Shown here piece by piece: positions 1 through 10,339 of a DNA stretch of 64,000 nt. Within the stretch, counting starts at the first letter, position 1, and every line of letters begins with the position of its first letter. A program made the translations under genes and the position numbers. Source of the DNA: Synechococcus sp. (GTDB lineage: Bacteria > Cyanobacteriota > Cyanobacteriia > PCC-6307 > Cyanobiaceae); assembly GCA_047285535.1 (NCBI GenBank), contig JBJBDC010000001.1, positions 2,816,136-2,880,135 on the forward strand. The letters run 5' to 3'. The notes beneath the pieces are model-generated. The model was not told the origin of the DNA, did not search any database, and was given only the letters and a program-made list of their open reading frames with translations.

Positions 1-514
1 AGGTTCCGAGGTCGGGCTGGATGAATACCAGCAACCATGGAATAGAGATAATTCCCAACGGTCGAAGTAGATCGACCGGTCTTTCAACAGGGTGTCGATC
101 GAGAACCGCCGCTAACAGAAGAATGGCAGATAATTTTGCAAACTCAGACGGTTGTACGTGCACCCCACCGATGCTGATCCAGCGCTGAGCCCCAAGAGCG
201 GTTGTGCCAATCAGGCGTACGGCCACCAGGCTGATCACCGTCATTGCATAAATTGGCATCAGCAGAGGTTTGAGCCTCAACAAAGAAATTCTGGCTGTCA
301 CCAGAGCAATGACGATGCCGAACCCTGCAGTGATCCAGTGGTGATACCAGTCGGCATAATCAGCTTGGCGCTGGGTGCTGGCGATCAATAGTCCTGCGAC
401 GATGATCATGGCTAAAGGGATTCCCCAAAGCACGGGTTCGTTGAGCGTCCATTTCTTTCGTCGCCGGTTGCGGGCGAAAAGACTGTGCTGATGACTCACC
501 CCCCCAAGTCTCAT
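1..514 (-). CDS. rodA: rod shape-determining protein RodA (FtsW/RodA/SpoVE family), 3' end outside window
   Basis: Manual translation from ATG 514: ...LWGIPLAMIIVAGLLIASTQRQADYADWYHHW... ending in the SEDS motif LVFIQPDLGT; lies directly downstream of mrp. Confidence 0.88.
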   Translation of the reverse strand, partial: MRLGGVSHQHSLFARNRRRKKWTLNEPVLWGIPLAMIIVAGLLIASTQRQADYADWYHHWITAGFGIVIALVTARISLLRLKPLLMPIYAMTVISLVAVRLIGTTALGAQRWISIGGVHVQPSEFAKLSAILLLAAVLDRHPVERPVDLLRPLGIISIPWLLVFIQPDLGT

Positions 515-516
515 AG

Positions 517-1593
517 TCAGCTGACGGTTTGAATGCTCGTGAGAACTGTTCCTGCCAGCTCATTGAAAGCCTGAGCACTGGCGGATTTTGGGGCGCTAAC
601 GATGATTGGCTTCCCTTGATCGCCTCCCTCCTGAATGGTCATTTCCATTGGGATCTTGGCCAATAGGGGGACTTCGAAGGCCTCTGCCAACGTTTGCCCA
701 CCTCCTGATCCAAATAGGGCGTAGCTGCGGTCGGGCTGGTCTGGAGGGATGAATGCGCTCATGTTCTCGACAACACCAAGGACGGGGATGCCCATCTGAA
801 CAAACATGGCCAATCCACGCCGCGCGTCCTGCAGGGCCACCTTTTGAGGGGTCGTGACAATGACCACTCCTGCCATGGGCACGGCTTGGGCTAGTGAAAG
901 CTGAGCATCGCCAGTCCCTGGGGGAAGATCCACAATCAGTACATCCCGCTCGCCCCACTCCACTTGGTAGAGAAATTGACGGATAATTCCGTTCAGCATT
1001 GGCCCGCGCCAGATGACCGGTTGGTTTTCTTCAATCAAAAGACCCATCGAGACCACGGAGACTCCGCTGCTCTCCAGAGGGATCATCCGCTGATCATCGC
1101 CAGAGCCACTGACCTCAGGGCTTTGATCAGCAACCCCAAGCATGATTGGAGCGTTAGGCCCGTAAATATCGGCATCGAGTAATCCAACCCGTTGTCCCTG
1201 ATTGGCCAAAGCGCAAGCAAGATTCACCGCCACCGTGGTTTTGCCGACACCACCTTTCCCACTGCTGACCGCAATCACCTTTTTGACACCAGGGATGGGC
1301 TGTCGCTCTGCTGGCTGGCCATGCCCGGCTTGCCCAATTCCACCTTGTGAAGGTGGAGAGCCCAGTTCAATTTGAACATCTTGAATGTTCTCAAGTGTTA
1401 AGAGGCGTTCTCGCGCCTCTGAAACGATTCGATCCCGTTGACTCTGGGCAAAGCCAGGGAGATTGAGACGGATCACCGCTCGAGGGGGATCGATTCGCAC
1501 GCGATCCAGCCAGCCGAGGTCCACAACAGATCGGTCGCTGCCGCCATCCTTGACACCTTTGAGCAACTCAGTCGCCTGTTCTGCCGTGACCAT
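517..1593 (-). CDS. mrp: Mrp/NBP35 (ApbC) Fe-S cluster carrier ATPase
   Basis: [32 protein letters not shown] and VVENMS motifs. Confidence 0.93.
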   Translation of the reverse strand: MVTAEQATELLKGVKDGGSDRSVVDLGWLDRVRIDPPRAVIRLNLPGFAQSQRDRIVSEARERLLTLENIQDVQIELGSPPSQGGIGQAGHGQPAERQPIPGVKKVIAVSSGKGGVGKTTVAVNLACALANQGQRVGLLDADIYGPNAPIMLGVADQSPEVSGSGDDQRMIPLESSGVSVVSMGLLIEENQPVIWRGPMLNGIIRQFLYQVEWGERDVLIVDLPPGTGDAQLSLAQAVPMAGVVIVTTPQKVALQDARRGLAMFVQMGIPVLGVVENMSAFIPPDQPDRSYALFGSGGGQTLAEAFEVPLLAKIPMEMTIQEGGDQGKPIIVSAPKSASAQAFNELAGTVLTSIQTVS

Positions 1594-1707
1594 CGATCTG
1601 TTGCTTTAGGGAGGATCCTAGGTGCGTCGCCCATGACAGTCCTTCACACATGCTTGTCGGGATCGGTGTCAGGCTGAAAGGGTCAGTTGATCATTCATCG
1701 CCAGTTC

Positions 1708-2793
1708 ATGGTCCGCTCTTTTCTTAAGCGCCTTAAGGGAAAGGTCTTGCTCTCCTCGGATGCCACTGGTGAGTGCCCACCTTCTGATTCTCGTGCTCGT
1801 GTTCGCCAGCTGGTTCAAGGTCTTCAAAATGAAATTTGCACTGGACTTGAGCAGCTAGATGGACACGCTCGTTTTCAGGAAGAAAGTTGGGTTCGTCCAG
1901 AAGGAGGAGGTGGACGCTCCAGGGTCATGACTGAAGGGCGAGTCTTTGAGCAAGGAGGGGTGAATTTTTCTGAGGTTCATGGGAAAGAATTGCCACCAGC
2001 CATCCTTAACCAACGTCCTGATGCCAAAGGGCATCCCTGGTTTGCAACAGGAACATCGATGGTGTTGCATCCGCGCAATCCCTATGTTCCGACAGTTCAC
2101 TTGAACTATCGCTATTTCGAAGCAGGGCCGGTCTGGTGGTTTGGCGGTGGAGCTGATCTCACCCCGTACTATCCATTCCTTGAGGATGCCCGACTCTTTC
2201 ATCGAGAACACAAAAAAGCCTGTGATTCCATTGATCCCAAGCTTTACTCAGTGTTTAAACCTTGGTGTGATGAGTATTTTTTTCTGAAGCACCGCCGCGA
2301 GACTAGAGGGATCGGTGGAATTTTTTATGACTACCAAGATGGCAGTGGTCGTTTATATCGAGGCAAAGACCCAGAGGGCCCAGCAGCGCATCAAGCTTCT
2401 GACATTGGATCATGTCGCCTTGGGTGGGAGCAACTTCACGATCTGGCTAAGGCCTGTGGCCAGGCCTTCTTACCTGCTTATTCACCAATTGTTGAGAAGC
2501 GCAATGATCTTCCCTATGGAGAGAAGGAACGACAGTTTCAGCTTTACCGGCGTGGCCGCTATGTGGAATTCAATTTGGTGTGGGATAGGGGCACGATTTT
2601 TGGACTGCAGACCAATGGTCGGACTGAGTCGATCTTGATGTCTCTTCCGCCGATGGCACGTTGGGAGTACGGCTATCGGGCTCCTGCCGGTTCGCGGGAA
2701 GAACTCCTCACGGACTTGTTTACCCGGCCGCAGGATTGGTTTGATGACCAGTCGCTTGAGGATCGTTGCCGTCCCCATCAGGCGATTGGCTAA
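1708..2793 (+). CDS. hemF: oxygen-dependent coproporphyrinogen III oxidase
   Basis: [44 protein letters not shown] motifs; ATG at 1708 preferred. Confidence 0.96.
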   Translation: MVRSFLKRLKGKVLLSSDATGECPPSDSRARVRQLVQGLQNEICTGLEQLDGHARFQEESWVRPEGGGGRSRVMTEGRVFEQGGVNFSEVHGKELPPAILNQRPDAKGHPWFATGTSMVLHPRNPYVPTVHLNYRYFEAGPVWWFGGGADLTPYYPFLEDARLFHREHKKACDSIDPKLYSVFKPWCDEYFFLKHRRETRGIGGIFYDYQDGSGRLYRGKDPEGPAAHQASDIGSCRLGWEQLHDLAKACGQAFLPAYSPIVEKRNDLPYGEKERQFQLYRRGRYVEFNLVWDRGTIFGLQTNGRTESILMSLPPMARWEYGYRAPAGSREELLTDLFTRPQDWFDDQSLEDRCRPHQAIG

Positions 2794-3619
2794 GGCCTTG
2801 TTCTAAGGCATCGACGATACGCAGCCCAAGGCAGTTGATCGTTTCTTTTTGAGTTTTTGGATTTCGTAGTTTGTGTTCAAGCGGAGGTTCCAGCATTCCA
2901 ATTTCGAGAATGCCTATGCCTCGTCGTGGACCCCCTAACCCACCTCTAAACAGTCTCGGGAAGCGCCCGAAGGCCTTGCCGAGACTTTCGTCCACTGAGT
3001 TAAGTGGTCTGTTAATCGCTGGAATCAGTCCTGATCCGAAACCATGGGGTCTATAAGCATCGAAATGAATTTCGAGGATGTACTCTCCTTTCGCAGAACG
3101 CATCCTCGCCTGAGACCAGTTCGTTTTTGGGTCGTTGTCATTTCGGATGGTCAATGCTGGTGGGGTGTAGGCGCTGATGTTGAGCCCTCGGGCTCTGCCT
3201 AAGCGAACCACCGCTTTCTGCACTTTTAAATTCCAGTACAGCTCGTCGCGCATTCGGGAATCCATAGGGGCTTGTTTCTGCACATCGACAGCAAAACCAG
3301 GGGTCCCTGCACTCGCCATGCCCTGAGAGTCTGCATGCCCTGCCATGACAACAATGGATAAGCCTTTACTCATTGGAGTTGTCCCGACCCAGTTGCCAGG
3401 CATGCGAGTGCGCGGACCCAGCAGGGGGTCAGGATTGAATGGCTCGGGGCAGCTCTTTTTCCCCTCCGTTGAAACTTCCGTAGTGGCGCCAGTGCGTTGT
3501 TGGATCGATGGGTTTTGTTGTTTGGCCTGGGTTGGCACCATGGCGACCAGGGTCAGCATGGTGATGTTGATCGGGATTGAGAAGCGTTTGGATTGAATCC
3601 AGGCCAGGAACGGGGGCAT
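2720..3619 (-). CDS. N-acetylmuramoyl-L-alanine amidase-like protein
   Basis: VMAGHAD...E, LEIHFDA and ILEIG resemble Amidase_3 Zn motifs; signal-like N-terminus; start uncertain. Confidence 0.65.
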   Translation of the reverse strand: MPPFLAWIQSKRFSIPINITMLTLVAMVPTQAKQQNPSIQQRTGATTEVSTEGKKSCPEPFNPDPLLGPRTRMPGNWVGTTPMSKGLSIVVMAGHADSQGMASAGTPGFAVDVQKQAPMDSRMRDELYWNLKVQKAVVRLGRARGLNISAYTPPALTIRNDNDPKTNWSQARMRSAKGEYILEIHFDAYRPHGFGSGLIPAINRPLNSVDESLGKAFGRFPRLFRGGLGGPRRGIGILEIGMLEPPLEHKLRNPKTQKETINCLGLRIVDALEQGLSQSPDGDGNDPQATGHQTNPAAG

Positions 3620-3624
3620 GGGTT

Positions 3625-4179
3625 TCAGATCGGAGAGGAGAGCAAAGCGCCATCGCTGACGAGCTGTAATGGTTCTGCTAAAGCAAGCTCGAGAGCGATC
3701 AATTCATCGCGGTGCGCTCGAAGCCTAAGGGTGCTTCCTTCTTGGGATGTCGGTTCGATTAATCGGATTTGAATGCCTTCTTGGCGCTCAGCTCGTTGGC
3801 TGTAAATCCATCCTGCTACTGGTCCCAGGAGGATCAGCGAAACTGGCCAACCCCCGAATGCCGGATTGAGCTCACGAAGCACGAGTCCGAGGCAACCTGC
3901 TCCGACCCCGCCAAGAATTGACAGCAACACCGCTAAGGGGGTGCTGGAGGACACCTCCCCTCGATATTCGAGAAGAAAGCGCTCCGCATCACCACCATCG
4001 CGGATCCAGCCGCGTGATTCGAGCCATGTGCAGAGCCCATCCATGACTTCAATCGCAGGTCGGGGAGAGTGCACTTCCACAACAGTGGTGCGATCCTTGC
4101 TGGCGGCTCTCAAAAAAAAGACGAGCCCAATGGCCAAGAGCAGAGTCAGCAACAATGTGGACGACTGAGTGCTTGGCAT
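3625..4179 (-). CDS. cofactor assembly of complex C subunit B (CCB1-like)
   Basis: STLLLTLLLAIGLVFFLRAASKDRT N-terminus and AHRDELI C-terminus. Confidence 0.8.
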   Translation of the reverse strand: MPSTQSSTLLLTLLLAIGLVFFLRAASKDRTTVVEVHSPRPAIEVMDGLCTWLESRGWIRDGGDAERFLLEYRGEVSSSTPLAVLLSILGGVGAGCLGLVLRELNPAFGGWPVSLILLGPVAGWIYSQRAERQEGIQIRLIEPTSQEGSTLRLRAHRDELIALELALAEPLQLVSDGALLSSPI

Positions 4180-4210
4180 TCTCCGTGGTTGGTTTTTCGA
4201 CCTATCTGTT

Positions 4211-4594
4211 CTAAATGGTCACTGGGTCATGTTCGAGTAGCCAGCGACGCCAAGGCTCCATGAGTTTCTCTGCTTCGGCTCTGGCTTCCTCATGGAGGTG
4301 GAGCATGCGGCGAGGACGGCCGCGGCTAGGGCAGCGCTTGCTGTAGGAATCCAGAAGCTCTTGTTGATTCAGGAAATCAACGGCTTGGTGCAGAACGGTT
4401 TCTGATACGCGCAACTGCGGGTGCTCCCGCTGAAGCTTCTGCAGCAGTCCAGATGGGTAGCTGTCGTTTTGGAGAAGGCAGGCGAGGATCCAGCAAACCG
4501 CCAGTTCACGATCGAGGAACAGTGGAGGTGGTTGCTGGAAATAATCTTCGATATCGGCCAGGCAGTTTTTTGTTGCGTTGCGACGGTGGAACAT
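4211..4594 (-). CDS. pex: PadR-family winged-helix regulator (Pex period-extender-like)
   Basis: ELAVCWIL..LLQNDSYPSGL and RGRPRRM motifs. Confidence 0.7.
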   Translation of the reverse strand: MFHRRNATKNCLADIEDYFQQPPPLFLDRELAVCWILACLLQNDSYPSGLLQKLQREHPQLRVSETVLHQAVDFLNQQELLDSYSKRCPSRGRPRRMLHLHEEARAEAEKLMEPWRRWLLEHDPVTI

Positions 4595-4718
4595 AAAGCC
4601 GATCGATCTCAGATTGGTCTAGCTCGGTCTCGGTTTGATTTTCAAGCCGCGAATGGGAATTCATTCGGGTAATGGCAAGAGGTCAAAGTGGAGGTCACTG
4701 TCCGCACGATTCCTTGTC

Positions 4719-5363
4719 ATGAGCGATGTCTCCGCGCAGCCTCGAACGTTTGCTGTTTTCGATGAGGATCTTGATGAGGACGGGGCGGAGCGCTACAGCC
4801 ATGCCACGTCTCTTGCTGTCGATACGGAAGCCATGGGGCTGATTCACGGACGAGATCGTCTCTGCCTTGTTCAGATTTGCGATGAAGAAGACCACGTGTC
4901 CTGCGTGCGCATCGCTCTTGGCCAAACAGAGGCTCCTCGCCTGAAGTCCTTAATGGAGAATGCCTCAATTGAAAAAGTTTTTCACTTTGCTCGGTTCGAT
5001 CTTGGAGCTCTTGCGACCGGACTTGGAATCCGGGTGAACCCCATTTTCTGCACCAAGGTTGCCAGCCGATTGGCCCGAACCTATACCCCAAGGCATGGTC
5101 TGAAGGATGTGGTGTTGGAGCTGGTGGGGGTTGAGCTTGATAAGCAGGCTCAAAGTAGTGATTGGGGGCGTGTGGATGCACTCAGCGAGACTCAGCTCGC
5201 CTATGCGGCAAACGATACGCGCTATCTACTTCCTGCACGGGATCGCTTGAAAGAGATGTTGCAGCGTGAGGGACGTTGGGACCTCGCCGAACGTTGCTTT
5301 GGTTGCATCCCAGTGATGTCGGATCTCGATCGTTTTCGATTCCTTAATACATTTGAGCACTGA
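4719..5363 (+). CDS. rnd: ribonuclease D-like 3'-5' exonuclease
   Basis: AVDTEAMGL, KVFHFARFD, SSDWG, YAAND (DEDDy); ATG 4719 preferred. Confidence 0.9.
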   Translation: MSDVSAQPRTFAVFDEDLDEDGAERYSHATSLAVDTEAMGLIHGRDRLCLVQICDEEDHVSCVRIALGQTEAPRLKSLMENASIEKVFHFARFDLGALATGLGIRVNPIFCTKVASRLARTYTPRHGLKDVVLELVGVELDKQAQSSDWGRVDALSETQLAYAANDTRYLLPARDRLKEMLQREGRWDLAERCFGCIPVMSDLDRFRFLNTFEH

Positions 5364-5399
5364 TGGCCTCAATGTTGAGTCGACGAGCCAATGCTGAGC

Positions 5400-5669
5400 T
5401 CAGTCTTCAATCATGAATTTCTGATCACTTGGGTCTGCTTCCAGTAATTGGTCGAGAACCTGTCCCTGATCGTGATCCTTCCTGTTGCTTTCGTCTTGAG
5501 CTTGAGCAAGCAGGTTTATGGCCATTTCTTTGCGAGATCTCAAATCTTTGGCGCCTGTTTTGTGGGTAGCAATTTCGACTCTTCGACGGGCTGATGACTG
5601 ACTGATCCCAAGTTCAGTGGCTAGTTCCGCGCAGAGCCTGAGGTAGTCATGGTCCTGAATCGCGGGCAT
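5400..5669 (-). CDS. conserved hypothetical protein
   Basis: ORF MPAIQDHDYLRLCAELA...FMIED, start overlapping the end of the upstream gene. Confidence 0.65.
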   Translation of the reverse strand: MPAIQDHDYLRLCAELATELGISQSSARRRVEIATHKTGAKDLRSRKEMAINLLAQAQDESNRKDHDQGQVLDQLLEADPSDQKFMIED

Positions 5670-6915
5670 GGCTAGAGGACAATTGCGTCTCAGTATGTTG
5701 ACCAAGGGGCAGTTTGCACAGAACTCGCTTAGCGATCGCCTCACTGCCACCAGCAGGGCCCATGCGTTGGCGGCCTCTTGTTCCCACCTGTCGTCGAAGG
5801 GACGGATCCTTCAGCAGCTGGATCAGTCGCTTGCTTAGCTCATGGCTCGATTGACATGTGAGTACAGCTCCACCCAGTAATCGACTTTGTCGTTTGGCAA
5901 ATCCCTGAGTGAATTGGGGGCCTGATCCTGGAAGTGAGAGTGCAGGGATGCCTAGCCCTACCAGTTGTTCGGTTGCTGTTCCAGCAGTTGCTATTCCCAC
6001 CTCTGCCCAGGGTGCCCAGAGGTTGAACTGTCCTGTTCCCAGCAAGATTAGTAGGTGGCCTCTCAACCAGCAGGCCCCTGCCTGTAGTGCATCACTGGGT
6101 GGTGGACTCGAACGAAAACCTTGGCGTTTGAGTTCTTCGCCAAGTTCTTTGAGAGTTGGCTGAGTGCCAAGGGCAACCAACACGGCAATTGGTCGATCGT
6201 TGGGTAAGGGGGCCAAGCTATGCATCAGCCGGCAAAAGTTCCTCTTTGCTTCCGGCATGCGGCTTCCGCAGAGAAGCAGGATGCGCCGGCAGCGTATGAG
6301 GCTAGGAGGAGCGTCAGCCTTGCTTAACCCGTCCATCATCGGGTTTCCGGGGGCTTCCGCAGCGACACCGTGCCTTCTCAGCCCTCGAGCTGTTAATCGG
6401 TCACGGGTGACAACCAAACGGCAACGTTTGCTGCGCATAAGGCACCACTCCCAGGGATCCCATTCGCTGCCCTTCAGCGCGTGGTATTTGTCACTGAGCT
6501 CTTGGCCAGGGCCGCTGCACCATGTGTAATCGCTTTTGGGAGTGCCAACGAAGCCGAATGGCCGTCCTGAACTCCAAGCCATTAGTAGAGGGAGTAGATC
6601 TCCTACTGCAAGCACGGCATCCGCTTCAGACTTGTGTTGGAGCAGGCAACGCCACTGCTGCCAAGTTAGTAGTGGCAACCCCGCGATCAAGTCAGCTAGT
6701 AGACCTCGCAGGCTTTGGTTGCTAAATCCGCCGCTGGGTAAGGGAGCGGCGGGGCCAACGCGATGTATCCACCCCTTTTCAATGGCTGCCCTGAAGCTGC
6801 CCCCGGCGCCGACGAGCGGCAGTACCGACAATCTCAGGCGCGGCCGTTGTCGGCGAAGTGCCTCGATGATCTTCAAAGCGATGAGATCTTCCCCGTGACC
6901 GTTGCTGATGAGCAA
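5647..6915 (-). CDS. lipid-A-disaccharide synthase-related glycosyltransferase
   Basis: SNGHGED, LPSGGF, GNPMMD, AGTATEQ motifs; start uncertain (TTG 6915 is the first start codon outside the tRNA). Confidence 0.8.
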   Translation of the reverse strand: MLISNGHGEDLIALKIIEALRRQRPRLRLSVLPLVGAGGSFRAAIEKGWIHRVGPAAPLPSGGFSNQSLRGLLADLIAGLPLLTWQQWRCLLQHKSEADAVLAVGDLLPLLMAWSSGRPFGFVGTPKSDYTWCSGPGQELSDKYHALKGSEWDPWEWCLMRSKRCRLVVTRDRLTARGLRRHGVAAEAPGNPMMDGLSKADAPPSLIRCRRILLLCGSRMPEAKRNFCRLMHSLAPLPNDRPIAVLVALGTQPTLKELGEELKRQGFRSSPPPSDALQAGACWLRGHLLILLGTGQFNLWAPWAEVGIATAGTATEQLVGLGIPALSLPGSGPQFTQGFAKRQSRLLGGAVLTCQSSHELSKRLIQLLKDPSLRRQVGTRGRQRMGPAGGSEAIAKRVLCKLPLGQHTETQLSSSHARDSGP

Positions 6916-6972
6916 CAGAGAACCCGAACCCGCGCTGATACGATCCGATTGTGGAGTTGACGCTCCTTGAAT

Positions 6973-7043
6973 GGCGGCATGGCCAAGTGGTAAGGCAGAG
7001 GATTGCAAATCCTTTATCCCCAGTTCGAATCTGGGTGCCGCCT
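6973..7043 (+). tRNA. tRNA-Cys(GCA)
   Basis: GGCGGCATGGCCAAGTGGTAAGGC...GATTGCAAATC...GTTCGAATC...GCCGCCT cloverleaf. Confidence 0.97.
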
Positions 7044-7421
7044 TCTGAAGAATTCCCCAAATGCCAGATTTCTGATGGTGTTTGGAGTATTTGTCTTGAA
7101 ACGACACTGGTGGGTAAACGGTAGGTAGCCGTCAGGTTCCTTCCAGTGTCCCAAATTCTCTTGGGAGTGAACTACATCGTCATGCTGAAAGGGGTGTCAG
7201 GGCACAAACAGACCAGTGAAGTTCCCACAGCTAGAAGGTCCTTGTTCTTTCTTTCATGACTCAATCCATTCATCTTATTTCTGAAGTCTCGTAATGAGGA
7301 GAAGGAGAAACGACGCGAATGGTGCGGTGTGTCCGCCTGAGTTATGAAGCAGGACCGCTCAAAAAAGCGAGCAACTCAAGCACTGATCAGTTCGTTGGCA
7401 ACTGCTGGTCAACACTGGAAG

Positions 7422-8209
7422 ATGACCAAGGGCAAGGGGAGATTCGCTACGAGTTTCTGTCGAGAACAAGTCTTGCATCGGTTCAATGCAGGCGATGATA
7501 ATAAAAAGTCGACAAACGATGCCAAGGCAATTGGTTTACTGATCATCTTTTCTATCGGTTTAGCGGTTGTTGCGTCAGAACCAGTCGTCCGATCTTCTCA
7601 TGGAGATTTGCCCGTAAACTTGATATTGCAGTTATATCTTTGCCTAAGACTCTTGTTAGGCTTTGGTTTGCATCACTGAAACATGGTGCAAGGAAAGGCG
7701 CAAAAGTCATCTGGACTACGCGATCATTCCTCTCGTAATCCTTGGCCTGCTAGCAATCGCGCCAATCATCTTTGGATTCATTACTCCCGAGCTTTATTTG
7801 CTGAGGATGATTCGATTCGCACACCTTGGACGGCTAGGTCGCTCAAAGCGTTTTCGTAAGAGCATCAAGTACTTCAAAAGAGCATTATTTATCTGCCGAG
7901 AAAGAAGAACTCTAAATTTCCGCCCTCTATTAGCGCGTCGTCGTCATATTAAGCAGCATCTTGATGTTCCTCGCACAAGGAAGTGTTCGGCAGGAGCAGT
8001 TTGGTTCACGACCTAGATGTGTTTGTTGGTCGGTGATTACAATGGCGACAGTTGGGTTTGGGCATGCCTGCCCAGTCACAGCATGAAGGCAAATAGTTTC
8101 AGCATTCTCTGCAATATCTGGAGTCGCAGTGATCGCCATATCCATCGGGATCATTTCTGCAGGATTTACCGAATCTCTGGGCTCTAAAAGTTCTACAGAA
8201 GATTCTTGA
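7422..8209 (+). pseudogene. voltage-gated-type K+ channel / ion transporter pseudogene
   Basis: Pieced across frames: hydrophobic helices, S4-like LLRMIRFAHLGRLGR, pore segment WSVITMATVGFGH, S6 GVAVIAISIGIISAGF; in-frame stops at 7913, 7931, 8084 plus frameshifts. Confidence 0.85.
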
Positions 8210-8633
8210 ATCCCCGCACAGTATCAAAGAATTATTCATCCCATTTTGCATCATTAAATATTTACTCTTCATCAATCTCTGCCCTTCGGTTGAAGGTTGT
8301 CTCTTCTCTCTCCAGCAGAGGTGACTGACGCTTTTAGGCCAATTGTTTATCCCTGCTGCCGTCTTTTGTAGCATTTTTTTAAGCCTTGTTAAACCTGGTG
8401 CTGTCAGGAGGAATCGCCTCGGTTTCGATGAATCATGTTGCTTGGTAAGCGACTTTAAGTTCAGCGATGTCGAGAATGACCATCGCCCTTCCGAGAAGAC
8501 GACTCAAGCATCGCGACGAGCTCTTGGTGCATATGGATGTCTACACCTTTTCTTGTTTAAATGTCCAACGACGTTTTGTCGCATGATGGTCTGATTGGGT
8601 GGAGCTTTTGGACAACAAACGGATTTTGAAGGC

Positions 8634-9146
8634 TTAAAGCTGAGCTTCGGCTGTGAATAGCTTGCCGTTAATTTGTTGAGCGCTGCATTTGAGGATTTTA
8701 TCCTTTAAGTTACATTCTCCTTGGTTGACAAACCAAGACTTTGGTATCCCTGTCGCAATTCCGTTGGGATTAAAGGATGCCTCTGCCACGCTAGAAACTG
8801 TGCTCTGCCAAGACGAAACGTTGAGGTGACATTTGCCAACGTTGCATTTTAAAAGTGGTTGACCTTTTGTCGTCAGAGTGACAAAGGTAATCTGCCTTCG
8901 GGCATTTTTGGATTGACCCTTGCCAATAAAGCTAATTCCCACCACTGATGCACTGCGTCCATTGAACTGCAAGTTGCTACAAGTAAGAGTGTCTTGAGTG
9001 CTGTTGATGTATGTGCAACCCTTAGGTCTCGCTTCGTATCGACCAATGTTGATGTTGGGATTCGCCATACTCCCTTGAGGAAAACTCAGGGTGATTCCCA
9101 GAAGAACTAAAGCTCTGAGGTGCAGGGAGGGTGGATGGTTAAGCAT
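8634..9146 (-). CDS. hypothetical exported protein
   Basis: 170-aa ORF with hydrophobic signal-like N-terminus and six Cys. Confidence 0.65.
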   Translation of the reverse strand: MLNHPPSLHLRALVLLGITLSFPQGSMANPNINIGRYEARPKGCTYINSTQDTLTCSNLQFNGRSASVVGISFIGKGQSKNARRQITFVTLTTKGQPLLKCNVGKCHLNVSSWQSTVSSVAEASFNPNGIATGIPKSWFVNQGECNLKDKILKCSAQQINGKLFTAEAQL

Positions 9147-9150
9147 CCGC

Positions 9151-9249
9151 CTAGTAATCGTTATCGGCTACGCACATACCAAGGCATCGGATTCCATTGG
9201 TGGCAGTACGACGGCAGTGATCACAAAGAATGGGTTCACTCTGGTTCAT
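9151..9249 (-). CDS. small Cys-rich hypothetical protein (32 aa)
   Basis: MNQSEPILCDHCRRTATNGIRCLGMCVADNDY, C-terminal part of the 9151..9417 ORF. Confidence 0.65.
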   Translation of the reverse strand: MNQSEPILCDHCRRTATNGIRCLGMCVADNDY

Positions 9250-9379
9250 CGCTATGGCAACCTCTGCCTGATTGGTTTCTCTCTCTGACGCCTTGCTCGT
9301 GTGGATGATGGTTTTTGCAATGAATGACATGGCGAGCATCCTTACCACGCGATCATGGCGTACTGAGTGATACGTCTGC

Positions 9380-10339
9380 GTGGCAGGAATTGGATTTGGA
9401 ACCTGGGCATGGGGCAATCAATTGCTTTGGGGATATCAGCCAGAGCGAGATGATCCCGATCTTGAGGCCACTCTTAGTGCCGCTGTTCAGGGAGGTCTTT
9501 CGCTTGTGGATACTGCCGATTCCTATGGCACAGGCAGATTCAATGGGCGGAGTGAACTGTTGTTGGGTCAGTTTCTGAAGACAATGGATCCGTCCCAACG
9601 GAAACATCTCACCGTGGCGACGAAACTCGCACCATTCCCTTGGAGATTGGGTCGGCAAGGATTTAAACGTGCTTTTTATGCGAGCAGAGATCGCTTAGGT
9701 GGCCATTTGGATCGCATCCAGTTGCACTGGAGCACGGCTCGTTATGCCCCCTGGCAAGAGTTGCCTTTGCTGGATGGGCTTGGAGATTTGATTGAGCAAG
9801 GACTGGTTGCAGAGCTCGGCCTCTCCAACGTCGGTCCCAAACGTCTTCGTTTCTTGCATAAGCATCTATCGAACAGAGGGATTCCTCTGCGGAGCCTTCA
9901 AGTCCAACTCTCACTGCTCGCTCCTGATCCGGTCTTTCGTCATGAACTAGTTGCGATTTGCTTGGAGCTTGGCGTTGAGTTATTGGCCTATAGCCCTTTG
10001 GCTCTTGGCGTTTTGGCGATTCCACCAGGAATCCATCCCCCCTCTTCAACAAGGCTCCGATCGAGGTTGTTTCGCCGTTTGCTTCCAGCTAGTGAAGATT
10101 TGCGTTCGGTGATGAGTGAGATGGCAGCCACACGAGGTACCTCAATGGCACAAGTCGCTTTGAATTGGTGCCGTGCCCATGGTGCATCACCAATCCCGGG
10201 GTTAAGACGACCCGAGCAGGCCATGGAAGCTGCGGCAGCTTTGTGTTGGACATTGAGCGCTACCGAGAGGCAGATTTTGGATCAACACAGTCAAAGAACT
10301 CTGGACCGCATGCCATCCAACCCATTTCAGAGTGCCTGA
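9380..10339 (+). CDS. aldo/keto reductase
   Basis: GFGTWAWG, DTADSYG, ATK, AYSPLALG, AQVALNW, PIPG motifs. Confidence 0.92.
   Translation: MAGIGFGTWAWGNQLLWGYQPERDDPDLEATLSAAVQGGLSLVDTADSYGTGRFNGRSELLLGQFLKTMDPSQRKHLTVATKLAPFPWRLGRQGFKRAFYASRDRLGGHLDRIQLHWSTARYAPWQELPLLDGLGDLIEQGLVAELGLSNVGPKRLRFLHKHLSNRGIPLRSLQVQLSLLAPDPVFRHELVAICLELGVELLAYSPLALGVLAIPPGIHPPSSTRLRSRLFRRLLPASEDLRSVMSEMAATRGTSMAQVALNWCRAHGASPIPGLRRPEQAMEAAAALCWTLSATERQILDQHSQRTLDRMPSNPFQSA

Noticed and set aside
2720..2793. 74-nt convergent overlap of hemF and the amidase
   Set aside because: The overlap encodes low-complexity tails; common in compact genomes with no sign of function.
6916..7107. N-terminal extension of the 486-aa ORF through tRNA-Cys
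   Set aside because: The extension is the antisense of the tRNA (APRFELGIKDLQSSALPLG is a typical tRNA shadow); the family motif SNGHGED is normally near the N-terminus.
7344..8016. ORFs 7344-7679 and 7663-8016 as independent hypothetical proteins
   Set aside because: They are frame fragments of the K+ channel pseudogene.
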